DNA of 64,000 bases from Octopus sinensis (taxonomy: Eukaryota), in contig NC_042998.1 in NCBI RefSeq assembly GCF_006345805.1, positions 121,334,001 to 121,398,000 on the forward strand. Reading direction: 5' to 3'. Under the pieces are notes generated by a model. The model was given only the letters and a program-made list of their open reading frames with translations, had not been told where the DNA came from and ran no database searches. How positions within the stretch are numbered: the stretch's first letter is position 1; each line of letters begins with the position of its first letter. Of this stretch, positions 24,201-35,855 are shown in pieces. Made by a program: the position numbers and the translations under genes.

Positions 24201-26259
24201 CTTAAAGACATCATTGTGAAGGTGCTAGGGCGTAAAAGTGGTTATAAACTCCGAGAAAAACGTTTTAAATATTCCATTGGTTGCGATGTTCCTAATCCAT
24301 ATTTACGCCGATCCCAGCTGAAAACAAACTATTTCCGTGAAAGGTGATTGTCTTATTTTAATATCATTTCTACAATTGTTTAACCATATCCTCACTAGAA
24401 CTTCTATTTAATATCTTTGATTTTTAATATTTATATGCTATAAACTAGTAATTGGCCCATTCCAAAACTAACCAAAAATCTATAAATTTAATCTGATAAC
24501 ATTGAAGCCTTAAAATAGATTACTCATATTTATTACATTTTCTTTTTATTGAAACAATTATTGTTCTCATCCTAATTTGATATATTTTATACTGTTGTTT
24601 AAATATTTCCTTGTAACAATATTCCTGTATTTATTGTAATCATATACTGATAATGGTGAGGGCGCATGGCCTAGTAGTTAGGGTGTTGCATTCATGATTG
24701 CAAGATCATGGTTTCAATTCCTGAATCAGGTGGTGCATTGTGTTCGTGAGCAAAATACTTCATCTCACATTGTTCTAATCACTTCAACACCTGATGTGTA
24801 GTACACTATGCACCTGTTCAGGCAGTGTCGATTTAATTGAGGGAATGAGCTAATGTACAGCACAAACATCTCATCATTACAAGCAAATTTATTTGTGCAA
24901 CGTGTTCAGCAAGAAATTGCAGAACTGTATTTCTGAGACAGCAAGAGACTACTATCAAACTGATATCGACCTTTTATACTTTAGCAGTGATGCAACAGAA
25001 ATATCTAACAGTGGAATTCAGACGCCAACCATTCGGTTGTCAGAAGAAGCAGCAGAATTGGAAGCTATACAACAGCTTGCTTCAGTGTCAGTAAATGAAC
25101 AGATGCAGAATGACAAAGGACCTATTACATTATTTCATCTTTTAGATGCATTACAAGTAAGGCTTTGTTATTATTATCAGTTTTATCATTTACATTTGCC
25201 TTGAAGAGTAATGTAACAAATATAATATCCTATACTTGCCAATATTGTATTCACTTAAAGGCCATCAAGTTTTTAAGTGAATACAATGCTCACTATTTTT
25301 ATGTAACTGCAAATTAATTAATAACATGACTAGTCTGACCTATGCAAGCATAAAAAAGATGTTAAAATAATGATGATGATGAACTGTGTTAACTGTTGAA
25401 CAATTGGTAGGAATGATGAGGCAAAATTGTTCAGTCACCTGCATTCTTGCAGACATGTGACATGGTAGTTTCCAAATGGTTCATAGATAACTTGGGTCTT
25501 AATATCACGACTCATTCCCATCATGACTAGAAGTTACATTTCTGAGTTTTGAGTAAGCTTTTTTTACACTATTGTATGAGTGAACAATGTCACTCATGTT
25601 AGTATATCAGTACTATTCTGACATGGCTGTGCAGCTTGCTGGATCCTGTCAAACCGTCCAGCCCATGTCAGCATGGAAAGTGAACATTAACTGATGACGA
25701 TAAATTAATTCAGTAGTTGGACAATATAGATTTGATTGGTAAAACTATGAAAAATTGAATTTTGTTAAGTTGGCAAGGCAAGAGTAAAGATGTTTCCAAG
25801 AAAGAAAGGAATAATTTTATTGTTTAATTCATCCAATCTTTCTGTGAAGAACTTTTAATAACTAGTATTAGACATTATAAGTACCAATTTGAGGCAGAAA
25901 AAATTAACAGGGTCATTGAAATTTTTGTCTTAAGTTAGTACTTATTATGCTTAATGTCATTTACATTAAAAATATTAGTTAAATTCATAACCTTAGTAAT
26001 TATTTTAGTGGCACATGCCTGTATGAAACACAACTCAAATTTTATTATATTCTAAAATTGTCATTTTATTTTATTATTCCAGTTATACAGGAATGTTATC
26101 CCATCACACTCAGTTTATGTTCCAGCTGTGGAAAAAACTATACATCAGCTAAGTCATTCCACTCATGAAGAGTTAGAACAAGATGTCATTCACCATCAAG
26201 AAGTAAATATCAAACAACAGTTGGCTAACCAACAATACCAATTACAATTAGTTCTCTAA
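9360..26259 (+). CDS. TADA1: Transcriptional adapter 1 (SAGA subunit), 10 coding exons, ~345-346 aa
   Basis: Exons 9360-9430, 12810-12846, 14021-14075, 14582-14647, 18807-18910, 20525-20603, 22357-22487, 24195-24343, 24985(or 24988)-25156, 26083-26259. All junctions are GT-AG and phase-compatible. The spliced protein (KKDLTEALGD..LKAWFRQKMSKEEFD..VHLHNRFLLSILAKCQ..LPDISMVHGRMYVCAWENGLDDV..LKDII..ITLFHLLDALQ..VIPSHSVY..HEELEQD) matches the human TADA1 motifs as I recall them. Confidence 0.96.
11600..12190 (-). mobile_element. Mariner (Mos1/SETMAR-like) transposon remnant
   Basis: ORF 11869-12054 (HIRRCMLYGFKR...EATRNI...QRWLRLFSSGNFSL) resembles the mariner N-terminal HTH. A TIR-like end next to a TA run lies at ~12165-12190. 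Confidence 0.7.
12810..12846 (+). CDS. TADA1: TADA1 exon 2
   Basis: YQQSLKAWFRQK, AG/GT flanks. Confidence 0.92.
14021..14075 (+). CDS. TADA1: TADA1 exon 3
   Basis: MSKEEFDTEARKMLKADM, AG/GT flanks. Confidence 0.92.
14582..14647 (+). CDS. TADA1: TADA1 exon 4
   Basis: VHLHNRFLLSILAKCQVLSNTP. Confidence 0.92.
15170..15830 (+). mobile_element. Tc1/mariner-superfamily (maT/DD37D-like) transposase remnant
   Basis: Frameshifted YVKLLETMVIPWL..FVCQQDLALCHT..SFWP..NPMDYFVWG, resembling the QQDxAPxH...WPPxSPDLNPLDY catalytic motifs. Confidence 0.75.
15848..16098. mobile_element. Two oppositely oriented copies of a tRNA-derived CORE-like SINE
   Basis: Motif GGGTTCAGT.C.ACTGC..GGCACCTTGGGCAAGTGTC on both strands. 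The + copy continues at 17625-17878, after a nested RTE. Other copies at ~14730, 21590(-), 21893(+), 23840(-), 56420(+), 62545(-), 62783(+). Confidence 0.8.
16099..17621 (+). mobile_element. 5'-truncated RTE-clade LINE with tandem-repeat 3' UTR and (GAT)n tail
   Basis: LLFIIVLQ..ELFFADD..GLRVNLAKTK..ARIRLVWAKF..GTRGRSRPRKTW with stops and frameshifts. The 3' UTR has repeated GTGCCAGTGGCA units and an ATGATG tail. Inserted within a SINE. Confidence 0.9.
17880..18590 (+). mobile_element. Degenerate RTE RT fragment
   Basis: Broken MQFGFVP..IF.VRQ.QEK.LAK-like motif near 18480-18580. A similar fragment lies at 19290-19520 (MEFGFVFGRSTINAVFLVRQLQK). Confidence 0.6.
18807..18910 (+). CDS. TADA1: TADA1 exon 5 (low-complexity, basic linker)
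   Basis: APAEKSPSASNSSPKQKPKLKRKATTATTNRNNYT; phase 1 to 0 fits the neighbouring exons. Confidence 0.8.
20525..20603 (+). CDS. TADA1: TADA1 exon 6
   Basis: QKFIPVNPISYAPVVSPRSLEDDINV. Confidence 0.88.
22357..22487 (+). CDS. TADA1: TADA1 exon 7
   Basis: GFSSREATLPDISMVHGRMYVCAWENGLDDVAENAVKFVMTAVE. Confidence 0.94.
24195..24343 (+). CDS. TADA1: TADA1 exon 8
   Basis: SQLKDIIVKVLGRKSGYKLREKRFKYSIG..PNPYLR. Confidence 0.94.
24657..24940 (+). mobile_element. tRNA-derived SINE
   Basis: A-box-like TGGCCTAGTAG and B-box-like GGTTTCAATTCC, followed by a CORE-like GTGTTCGTGAGCAAAATACTT segment. Confidence 0.65.
24985..25156 (+). CDS. TADA1: TADA1 exon 9 (NAGNAG acceptor)
   Basis: SDATEISNSG..KGPITLFHLLDALQ, acceptor TAGCAG. 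Confidence 0.92.
26083..26259 (+). CDS. TADA1: TADA1 exon 10 (last coding)
   Basis: LYRNVIPSHSVY..HEELEQD..LVL*. Confidence 0.93.
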   Translation, partial: LYRNVIPSHSVYVPAVEKTIHQLSHSTHEELEQDVIHHQEVNIKQQLANQQYQLQLVL

Positions 26260-28681
26260 TGCTGTAAATTTTTTATCCATCAACTGATCCCTTCATCAGC
26301 TGACTATTATATCTGTTTCCAATGCAATGACAATTATTATTTTGCATAATCTCCATTGTTAACTTAATTATTGTTGTTCCCTTTCAACAATGTCAACAAT
26401 ATGTGGATTTCATGTTTTATATAGTTAGCTTCTTGCAAGCTGCCTACCATTCTGAGAACCTGTTCTAATGCTCTCGAGATACTGTGTTTAGACAATTGAC
26501 ATTTACAGTATTTTCATATTTTGGTAATCTTGCAAGTTCTAATTATTACTAAAAGAATGTTTTGCAGTAAGTGAGGTGGAGTTAATAGATTCATTGTGGT
26601 ACCGTGGCTTGAAAATTCTGGTCTTCAACAATATGACAGTGTTTATGATGGTGTTGATGATGATAGTGTTCTAAAGAACTTTAATCACCAATTATGGTCT
26701 TTTATTGTAAGGAAACAGCTACATATTTTCACTCTTGATAGAGAAAAACATTTCAACTTATTTGGTGTTAAATCTTTAGTTCATTCTGTTTTACAATATT
26801 CTTGTCTACAAAAAATATAATAATTTTCTTTTGTATGTGTTTGTATTCTTTGTTTTTCATCTTATTAATCTTTCATCTATCTTAGTAAATTAATCTTTAT
26901 TCTCATATGATAAAGTAAAACAAGAGTAACTCTAAAAGAGAACTGACCAGAAGTAGTTGTTAATAGTGACTCTTGATTTTAATGTCAAACCGGTTGTGAT
27001 TTAAAACAGTTGCCTGCTGTAGAACTGCGATCAACTAAATGTTTTTGGATAATTTATTTGCCAAGAGTTGTCACCATTTGTATGAAATCATGTGAATATT
27101 ATACTATCAGTAAATTTGGTAAACATTTTGACATTATTGGAAATTGTAATTAATACAATTATGAAACTTGTGTAAACAATCTTTAAAAAACAAAGTTCAA
27201 TGAATAGTTTTTGCAATTGGAATTTTATAAAGAGAAGCTTAAAAAGTGTAAATATCATAGCAAGTTTACTAAATGTTCTCATTGACAGTTTCTATTGAAT
27301 ATTTTGTGTAGAATGCAGATATTGGACAATTAATTGTAACTATTACTGACAACAAATGAAACTACAGATATATAAAATACTTGTTCAGTGATTATTTAAA
27401 AACGTGATAAATTTAGTGATCCAGTGCATATCAGCTGGACACATTTCTTTCATACGTTAAGGTCCAGTTTGAGGATATCGAACTCCACTTTGTGATGTTT
27501 TCCTTCTTTTTTTTTTAATATTCTTACAAAAAATACTTCCAATTTCATTTTTTAATTGAGAGCACCTTCAATTTATTTTGAAATGCTAAGATTTTGTTGA
27601 GATTGAAATATTCTAGCATTTAGTGAAAGTTTGATCAAGTTTAAATATCCCTGCAGTTAAATTTGATTGATTTATGCAAGGTTTATTCAAAGTGATCAGT
27701 ATCACTTTTTTTCTTTTAAGCCTGTAAGTTCTTTTTACTTTTGCACATGACAAATTAAATCCTGACATATTCACAGAAATAGATGCTTTTAAGAAATGGG
27801 TTATAATTTTACTACACCAAAAACTGTTAACATTATCTTGATTGAACTCACGACTATCAATTGTCTAGCCATTTTGATCAAGTACTATTAATTCTCAAGA
27901 TAGCTTTCTACCTACCTCACCAATGCAGCTTTTATATTGATCAATAACTTGTCACTTTCTTTGCATACTTTAATGGCCTTGGTTTCTCAAACATTCTTTA
28001 GTTATTTTGAACAAGCAAGTTTAGTCTTATAGGTCATTCCTTGTTTGTGTTGCCATCTGTTGAGCTTCTATTTTAGATCATGCTCCCATTAACAATATTT
28101 TCAACTGATATGTTATAAGACAGAAGATTGGATGAAGATTTTGTTATTTGATAAGGATTATAGATTTATAGCGTTTTTTTTTCAATTCTAAGTTTTTGTA
28201 AATCTCGGGTCAATGTTAATCCAGGAGACCTGTGATCAGAGGTGTTTCAGTGAGGACCATTGCATTTTATATTCAGATTTAGTGTATCTAGGATTGCATG
28301 TTCCAATGTTGCTTTCCTTTTTTAAGACAGTAAGTCAAACTTACTTTTTATGAAGTTTGGCTGCTCCTTTTACCAGATCAAGTGACTGTGGAGGCTCCCT
28401 TGTTGGCTCATGTAACTTTACTTTTATCAGGAGAATCTATTTACTATCATTGTGTAAGAATAATTGATGTGAAAAAAAATAACACTTTTCACACATGCTT
28501 GATAAATATGATTGTAGAGAGCTGTTGTTTTACAAACCAACAAAAGATCTAGCCCATCCTAGCATGGAAGGTGAATGTTAAAAGATGATGATGATGATGA
28601 TGAGAGTTAAATGTGCCATTGACTACATGGAAAAAATGATTTATCCAGGAATATTCCCTGTTGCAGTTGTGTAGTGTTCAC

Positions 28682-29080
28682 CATCATCATTTAACATCCG
28701 TTGTCCATGCTGGCATGGGTTGGACGGTTTGACCAAGGTTGGTAAGCTGAGGTGCTGCACCAGATTCCAGTTTGGTGTGGCATGATTTTCTAAGGTTGAA
28801 TGCCTTTCCTAATGCCAACCACTCTGAGAATGTAACGAGTGCTTTTGTATGACACCAGTATCTGCCATGACTGATTTCACTTGGCTTGATGGTCATCTCA
28901 AGCATGGCATATTGTCAAAAGTCTCAGTCATTTGTCATTGCCTCCGTGATGCCCAACACTCAAAAGGTGCTTTTTACATGCCACCAGCACAGGTGCTACT
29001 TACACAACACCAGCATCGGCCACATTGCCTCCGTGAAGCCCAATGCTCAAAAGGTGCTTTTTACATGCCACTGGCATAGG
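28682..29080 (-). mobile_element. RTE 3' UTR fragment
   Basis: Reverse complement of the 3' end seen at 17190-17620, with a (CAT)n tail on the + strand. Confidence 0.8.
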
Positions 29081-29299
29081 TGTCGAGTATGTGACACCGA
29101 TTTTTATATATGGTTTATTCAAACATGTTTAGATTACTCTGTTAACCTCCATTTCAGTTTTGAACATCTATATGAGAGATATTGGATTTGCAGCAAGTAT
29201 ATGAATTGCTGCTACATTTCTGTGAATGTGTATGAGAGACAGAAAGAGATCAGTAACTTATGTTTCATTGTTGGTGAAACAAAGTTATTAAAGAGTTAT

Positions 29300-29520
29300 T
29301 GAATACAAATTTTTATATGTTAGGAGGGTTAGTGGCCATGACTATTACTCTTGAATTGATGTTAAGTTTAAGTATCTGTATGGAAACATGAGCAAGAGCA
29401 GAATTCCAGAGGGTTATATTTCTGGGAAGAGTGATTGGAGAAATTGTTTGGTGGTGTCTGGGAGATAAGACATAGGGATGATATGGGGTTACAGGAGTAA
29501 GCATCTATCTTGTTTAGAGG
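29300..29520 (-). mobile_element. 3' end of an old CR1/Crack-like LINE
   Basis: HPYVLSPR..TLPRNITLWNS resembles the conserved FFPRTxxLWNSLP C-terminus. A similar piece lies on + at ~47700-48000. Confidence 0.5.
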
Positions 29521-30807
29521 AACTGAAAATATATTAGTAGTGGAAGAAGAAACATATCTGTGAGCTGGAAGTTACTGTGAGTCTTTTTTTATATTACATA
29601 GAGTGTCTTGACATAACAGTACTGTACTAGAGTACCATAATGTGTTTGTTGGGGTGTCAAAAATATAACAACTCTTTTGAATTACAAAAAATGTGATACA
29701 GTCTTATGTTGGGAAAGCTTTACAATGTTAGGGGTGAATCTTTGGAATTAAATATCACATCAGTTCCACATGCAATTATTCTCAGAAAATTAGTTTTAAG
29801 CTGCTCTTCATTCTACTTGAGTACCTTGTAATGGTTAAATTAATAATTTAAGTCTTCTTCTAATTAAAGTCAATGTCTCTCTGAATAGTTATGTTATTTC
29901 TGCCTCCAAGTTTTCTTATGCTTCAGCCATTGGTTCTAAGAGTTTAATATTCTTGTATGCAGGTTGTTGATAACTCAGTCATTCCCTTTACCAGTTGTAG
30001 ATCACAGGTTAGGTCAGATATGGGGGCATGCACTGTTTCCACCATTTGTTAGTATTTGCTCAGATCATCTAGTCCTTGATCTTATTAATTAAGCAATCTA
30101 TCCTAAAAAAAGTGACATAAAATCCAATAGTTTTGTGCATCAACAACAATTAGTACATAAAAGAGAGATCAAGATGTTCAGTTGCTATGCTTTTGGCTTT
30201 TACTCTTTGAAAATATTTTCTCTATAACCAGAACATAAACTGTGTAATGAAATAATATTCCCATCTACCCGACCACTTGTCTCTCTCTTCTCACAGTTCT
30301 TCCTGTGTGTCTCCTCAGTTCTGCACTAAACACTGTTTTGGTGTTTCCTCCTCAAAACTACAGCACTTGCAGAATTCTGTCTTTACCCATATTTTCCTGA
30401 CAGAACAGAACATCAATGTCTTCTGATCTTACCAGTGTTGACATGTCAAAGACTTACTTTGACTAAAATATAATGAAACAGTTGTTATTAACTCTAAAAA
30501 TGGGGGAATATCAGATTAAGCTGTACAGTATTTACATTCTGAGTTAAAATCTTGCTAAAAGGTAGCCCACTTGCGTAATATAAAATAAATGCTAGTCAAG
30601 AAATGCAGTTGATTAAAACAAATATAGCCTGTCCCAAAATTAGTGACCTGCCATTGTCAGAAATCATTGCTTTCCTATTTGGAATCGCCCTAAGAAAGGT
30701 CCAGACAAAAAGTTTGAAGCAAGTGGAGAATTGCATTAAAATAGTTAATAAAAAATTTTAATGAAATATAAGAACCGAAATAAAATATAGGAAATAAGAT
30801 GAGAAGC

Positions 30808-31990
30808 ATCATCATTTAATGTCAGTTTTCCATGCTGGCATGGGTTGGGCAGTTTGACTAAGGTCTGGAGAGCCAGCAGCACCAGGCTCCGATCTGATCT
30901 GGCAATGTTTCTACAGCTGGATGCCCTTCCTAATGCCAACCACTCTGAGAGTGTAGTGGGTGCTTTTTATGTGCCACTGGCACAGGAGCCAGTCAGGCAG
31001 GCCTGGCATTGATCATGTTTGGATAGTGCTTTTTATGTGCCACTGGCATGGGGTCCAGTCAAGGGGTACTGGCATCGGCCATGTTCAGCTGGTACTTTTT
31101 ACGTGCCACCAGCATGGGAGCTAGTCAGGTGGTTTTGGCATCGATCACAGTTGGATGGTGCTTTTTACATGCCACCGGCATGAGAGTCAGTCAGGAGGCA
31201 CTGGCTACAGCTTCGATATTGGTTTTACTTGACTCACCAGGTCTTCTCAAGTATATCATAGTGCCCGACGCATCAGGGGTACTCTTAACTGGATCAGACA
31301 TGCATAGCTGCGATCTCACTTTAGTTGTCAGGTTTTCTCAATCACAGCATATCTCCAAAGGTTTTGGTCACCTGTCGTTGCCTCTGTGAGGCCCAATGTT
31401 CAAAGGTCATGCTTCACCACCTCATCCCATGTCTTCCTGAGTCTATCTTTTCCACAGTTAGGGAGTGGCACTTCCTCACACAGCCGTCCTCATCCATATG
31501 TAACACATGACCACACCAGCACAGTCGTCTCTCTTGTACACCACATTTGATGCTTCTTATGCCCAACATTTCTCTCAGAGCACTTATACTTTGTAGTGTG
31601 TGCACACTGACATTACATATCAAGCAGATCATACTAGCTTCATTTCTTTCAAGCCTATGCATGTCCTCAGCAGTCATGGCCCATGTTTCACTGCCATGTA
31701 GCATGGCAGTTTGCACACATGCATCATACAGTCTACCTTTCATCATGAGTTAGTTGCCAGCTGAGGTAGGAGCTCCCTGAACATTACCCAGGCTGTTCTT
31801 ATTATAGTCACTACACTCTCAGTGCAATCACTCCACTAGACTTGGTTGCCTAGGTAGCGGAAGCTATTAACTACTTCTAGTTTCTCCCTCTGGCATATGG
31901 GAAAGTCTATCTTCCCAGTTAACCTTCCTTTGATTTGCTGCACCTTTTATGTGTCCATAGCTTACGCTGGGTACAGTGTATGGAGTTGCT
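30808..31990 (-). mobile_element. 5'-truncated RTE LINE (same family as 16099-17621)
   Basis: KGRLYDACVQTAMLHGSETW..RRLCWCGHVLHM, tandem 3' UTR units and a (GAT)n tail. Confidence 0.9.
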
Positions 31991-32829
31991 GCCCTCCAGA
32001 GTTAATAAAATGAAATAAAACGAGAGGATAATATAACTGATAAAAAATATTCAAATGTAGAAAACCACCACCATTAGACAAGGTACTTGTTAATTAAGAT
32101 TTTAAGCAAATCAAAATCATGTTAGTTAGGAAAACAGCAGGGAGAAGTTTATTCCACAATTCAGCTATTCTGAGGTGGGGGGAACAACTTTGTGCATAGA
32201 ACCTGCTGAATGTCAATAAGACACCCAAGAAGCACAAGTGCTATTTACTAAGTTTGGCAAACAGTTCTTACGGTACACTCCAAGACCAGAAGAATGAGAG
32301 GAAAAAGCTTATCTGAATACTTACTTTGAAAGTGATGGTAGAAAGGGGCCAAACTGACATTTCATTGATGACAGTGCAGTTGGACAAATGGAAAAAACTA
32401 TGCACTTAATTAAATGTTTACAATATTTCAAAGAATTCAGCAAAATGTGTGAACAGAACTCTATTTTATAGGTAGAGTTAGAAACTTTTCCTGAACAGTA
32501 GAATGAGTCCATCATTCTAAATGTAATCTAGAAGTCTATCTTAAATCAGATGAGACTGTAAGATCTGGACCCCAGTAAGGAATCTCCATCTAAGTAGTCC
32601 ATCCTAGTTAAGTTGTATGGTTATGTTTATATCATTTTATCATTGTCAATTTTATGATTATATACAAAATATTAACTTAGTATCTTTATGAATTAGCATT
32701 AAAATTTTATAATAGCTGTGAAGTGGAGATACATCATCACTGACTACAAGATATGTGTCTCTCTGGATAGTTATGTTATTTCTGTTCAAGTTTTTTTATG
32801 CTTCAGCCATTGGTTCTAAGAGTTTAATG

Positions 32830-34550
32830 ACCACCAGTACAATTTGTGTAAAACCAGATCCACTGTTGGTCTATTCTTCTCTGTCACCCATAAGTAGGCT
32901 CTTGCCTTGAAAGAATTTGGTGAAAACAATGTCATTGATATCAACAAAGCTTTTGACCAGTTTGTCTTGCACTACCACTTGACAACTAGTGTTGTTGTAT
33001 TTATATCCTTGTAATATAATGGTTCAGCAAAAGAGACCAACAGAATAAGGACTAGGCTTAAAAAAAAAAAGGACTGAGGTTGATTCATTTGAGTAAAATT
33101 CGTCCTGGTGATGTCCCAGCATGGCCGCAGTCAAATGACTGAAACAAGTAAAAGAAAAAAATGTCTGGCATGTAAATTTCCTTTCAAAACCTCCTACTTA
33201 TGAGCTCTATCAGTTTCTAATCCCTTGGATTGATAGCTTCCTGTCAGATTAACCCCTTAATGGCTCAATTATTTTGACATGGCGTTTCATTTCAGAGCAT
33301 ATTTTTTAAATTTCCTTTTTTAATTATATACACTGTGTTAATTACAAAAAAAAAGTTTTTTTTATCTTGTTTCCTTTATTTTTTATTATAGAAATTAAAA
33401 TGTACTTTTACTCATTTGGATTTAAATGAGTTAACTTGGACATTGAAAAAATACATATAACTTACCTACCTTCGATTTTTTTTATAAGATGTATTGCTTT
33501 TAAATCAAAGGAAAATATTTTTAAAATGAGATAGTTTATTTAGAATGATAATTTTTAAAACAAGGAGTTACACACAAAGTTATCTTGCAGACATCACACA
33601 TGTATCTGGTTTCTCTTCGAATCTTCTTTCCTTTACCATCTCTCTTCTCTGCACATTTTGCACACTGTCTTGTAGGGTTCTTTTTCTTATCACTTGGTGG
33701 TATTTCTATGGGAAAGTGACCAGCTGGGGCAAATCTTGTTGGATGTGGGATCGATGATGATCTTCCTGGTTTTGTGGGAGGTAATAAGGGCCTATATTTT
33801 TCAATAATCTTGGTGATTATTTGCATTCTAAATTTCAGCAGTTTCATAGCAGAAGCTGAAGTTTCCAAAGATGCTTTATACAAAACATATGCATTCCAGA
33901 TAGCCAAATCCATCAAATGAAAAAATACCTATTTTTTTTAAACAACACGAGTAAATTTGTGATTGCTCAAAAATGAAACGGCACAAAACAAATAAACTCG
34001 TTTGAGTGCTAAAATTAAAAGTTAATTTTGACCGAGTATACTCGTTTGGTCCTAAAAAGATACATTTGCAATGCATGAGTAAACTCGGGATAATCCATTA
34101 AGGGGTTAAACTAGTGCTGTATATGTTGATGGAAACTTTTATCTTGCACTCTCTTCTTTCTACACATAAATGACTTTACACCATATCCAACAACCCCAAT
34201 GCTTATGCAGATGACATTTATCCTTCATTTCACCGACATTCCCCAGCCATGCATTATCCACTCACAACCAAAATCCTATATGCTAAACCTACACTGACTC
34301 CATGAACAGAGACCTTGAAAGCATCCACCATTAGTCATGACAATCTTGTCTCTTTCAATAGCAAGAAAATAAAAATGTTACTCCATCATTCTTAAAATAA
34401 TTTAGGCCACATCTTAATGACTTGCCTTTCTTTTTAGATCCAGAAGATACTTCAATCCTCAACAATTATTAATATTTTTACAAAGTTCAAGAGGAACTTC
34501 AAATTCCCCCCATTAATTACTGCCTTTTTTTCCAGACCCAGCAAGTAAAT
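32830..34550 (+). mobile_element. Old CR1/Crack-like LINE RT remnant interrupted by a SINE (~32970-33160) and a piggyBac
   Basis: DINKAFD, then WIDSFLSD / (insert) / AVYVDG, then AYADD. Collinear with the copy at 37030-38150. Confidence 0.7.
33253..34105 (-). mobile_element. Internally deleted piggyBac (853 bp) retaining the C-terminal transposase segment and CRD
   Basis: TTAA TSDs at 33249-33252 and 34106-34109. 11-bp TIR CCCCTTAATGG / CCATTAAGGGG. Palindromic (C)GAGTAxACTCG subterminal repeats. ORF 33536-33916 reads DLAIWNAY..RQCAKC..RETRYMCDVCKITLCVTPCFKNYH. Confidence 0.93.
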
Positions 34551-35089
34551 GCAAAAAAAAATACTGTTTCAGTTATTGTTTTATGTCTGTAAGATGATTT
34601 AAATTGAAGTTTCAAGACTAATACAAATGTTTAAAAAAGTTACCAAATTTGGTATATGCTTTATCTTCAACTTTATACTGAATGCTCGATACAAAGCTCT
34701 TCTGGACATCCTCTTCTTCATACACAATGTTTACATATGAAAACAACCAAATGCACCAACTCCAAAAATTGACAAGAAGGCAAGTTGTCCCTAGGGTTTC
34801 TTCCATCACTCTCAAACCATGCACTCCAGGGCTAGCTTCTGTCCTTCTCAAACACATTTGTCTGTCTGTCTCTCTCCCCCTCTTTCATATATATATATAT
34901 ATATATATATAAAGAAATGAGAGATGACAAAGAAGTAAATGATTAGTTTATGACCTTCATCAGATAATCATTTATTCCTTTCTCATCTCTTTTCTCATTA
35001 CTGCTCCTTACTTGACTAATGCTTTGTCGAGAAGCATATGTTAATACTGTAATGCCTAAGTGAAATATATATATATAAATCGAAATCAA

Positions 35090-35631
35090 ATTCGAACTGG
35101 CATCCGTGCTAGCGGGATGCAAAGAGCACCATATGAGTGTGATTGTTGACAGAGTGGCTAACCAGCTTCTCTGTCAGTGGCACATAAAATCCACCATTCG
35201 AGTGTGATCGTTACCAGTGTCGCCTTACTGGCACTTGTGCTCGTGCTGGAAGGGTGCCAAGAGCACCATCCGGGCGTGATCGTTGCCAGAGCAGCCAACT
35301 GGCTTCCGTGCCGGTGGCATGTAAAAGGGCACCATTTGAGCGTGATCATTACCAACGTCGCCTTACTGGCACCTGTGCCGGTGGCATGTGTAAAAAGATT
35401 CAAGCGAGGTCATTGCCAGTACCACCTGACTGATCCTTGTGCCGGTGGCATGTAAAAAGTACCCACTACACTCTTGGAGTGGTTAGCGTTAGGAAGGGCA
35501 TCCAGCTGTAGAAAATATGCCAGATCAAGATTAGAGCCTGATGCAGCCATCTGGTTCGCCAGCCCTCAGTCAAAATCGTCCAATCCATGCTAGCATGGAA
35601 AGCGGACGTTAAACGATGATGATGACGATGA
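35090..35631 (+). mobile_element. RTE 3' UTR fragment with tandem units
   Basis: Repeated GTGCCGGTGGCATGTAAAA units and the terminal GGACGTTAAACGATGATGATG. Confidence 0.85.
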
Positions 35632-35804
35632 TATATATATATACACACACACAGAGTAAGCACATAAACGCGAAACAAGGTGGAAAAAGTAGTACTTGAA
35701 TACCAGAGGTAGAGTAATATGCTTTATTAAAAAGCAGCAAGAATATGAAAACTTACTCAGAGTTTCAGATTGCCATTCGTTGGACAGTTTTGTTTAGATT
35801 CTAG

Positions 35805-35855
35805 ACAAAACTATCTGACGAACAGGAACGTGAAATTCTAAGTAATAGTTTTTGT
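35805..35855 (+). ncRNA. Minimal type I hammerhead ribozyme motif (Penelope pLTR type)
   Basis: Stem I ACAAAACTAT / ATAGTTTTTGT; core CTGACGA (35815-35821); short stem II AC..GT; GAAA (35832-35835); near-palindromic stem III; cleavage triplet GTA (35842-35844). Confidence 0.7.
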
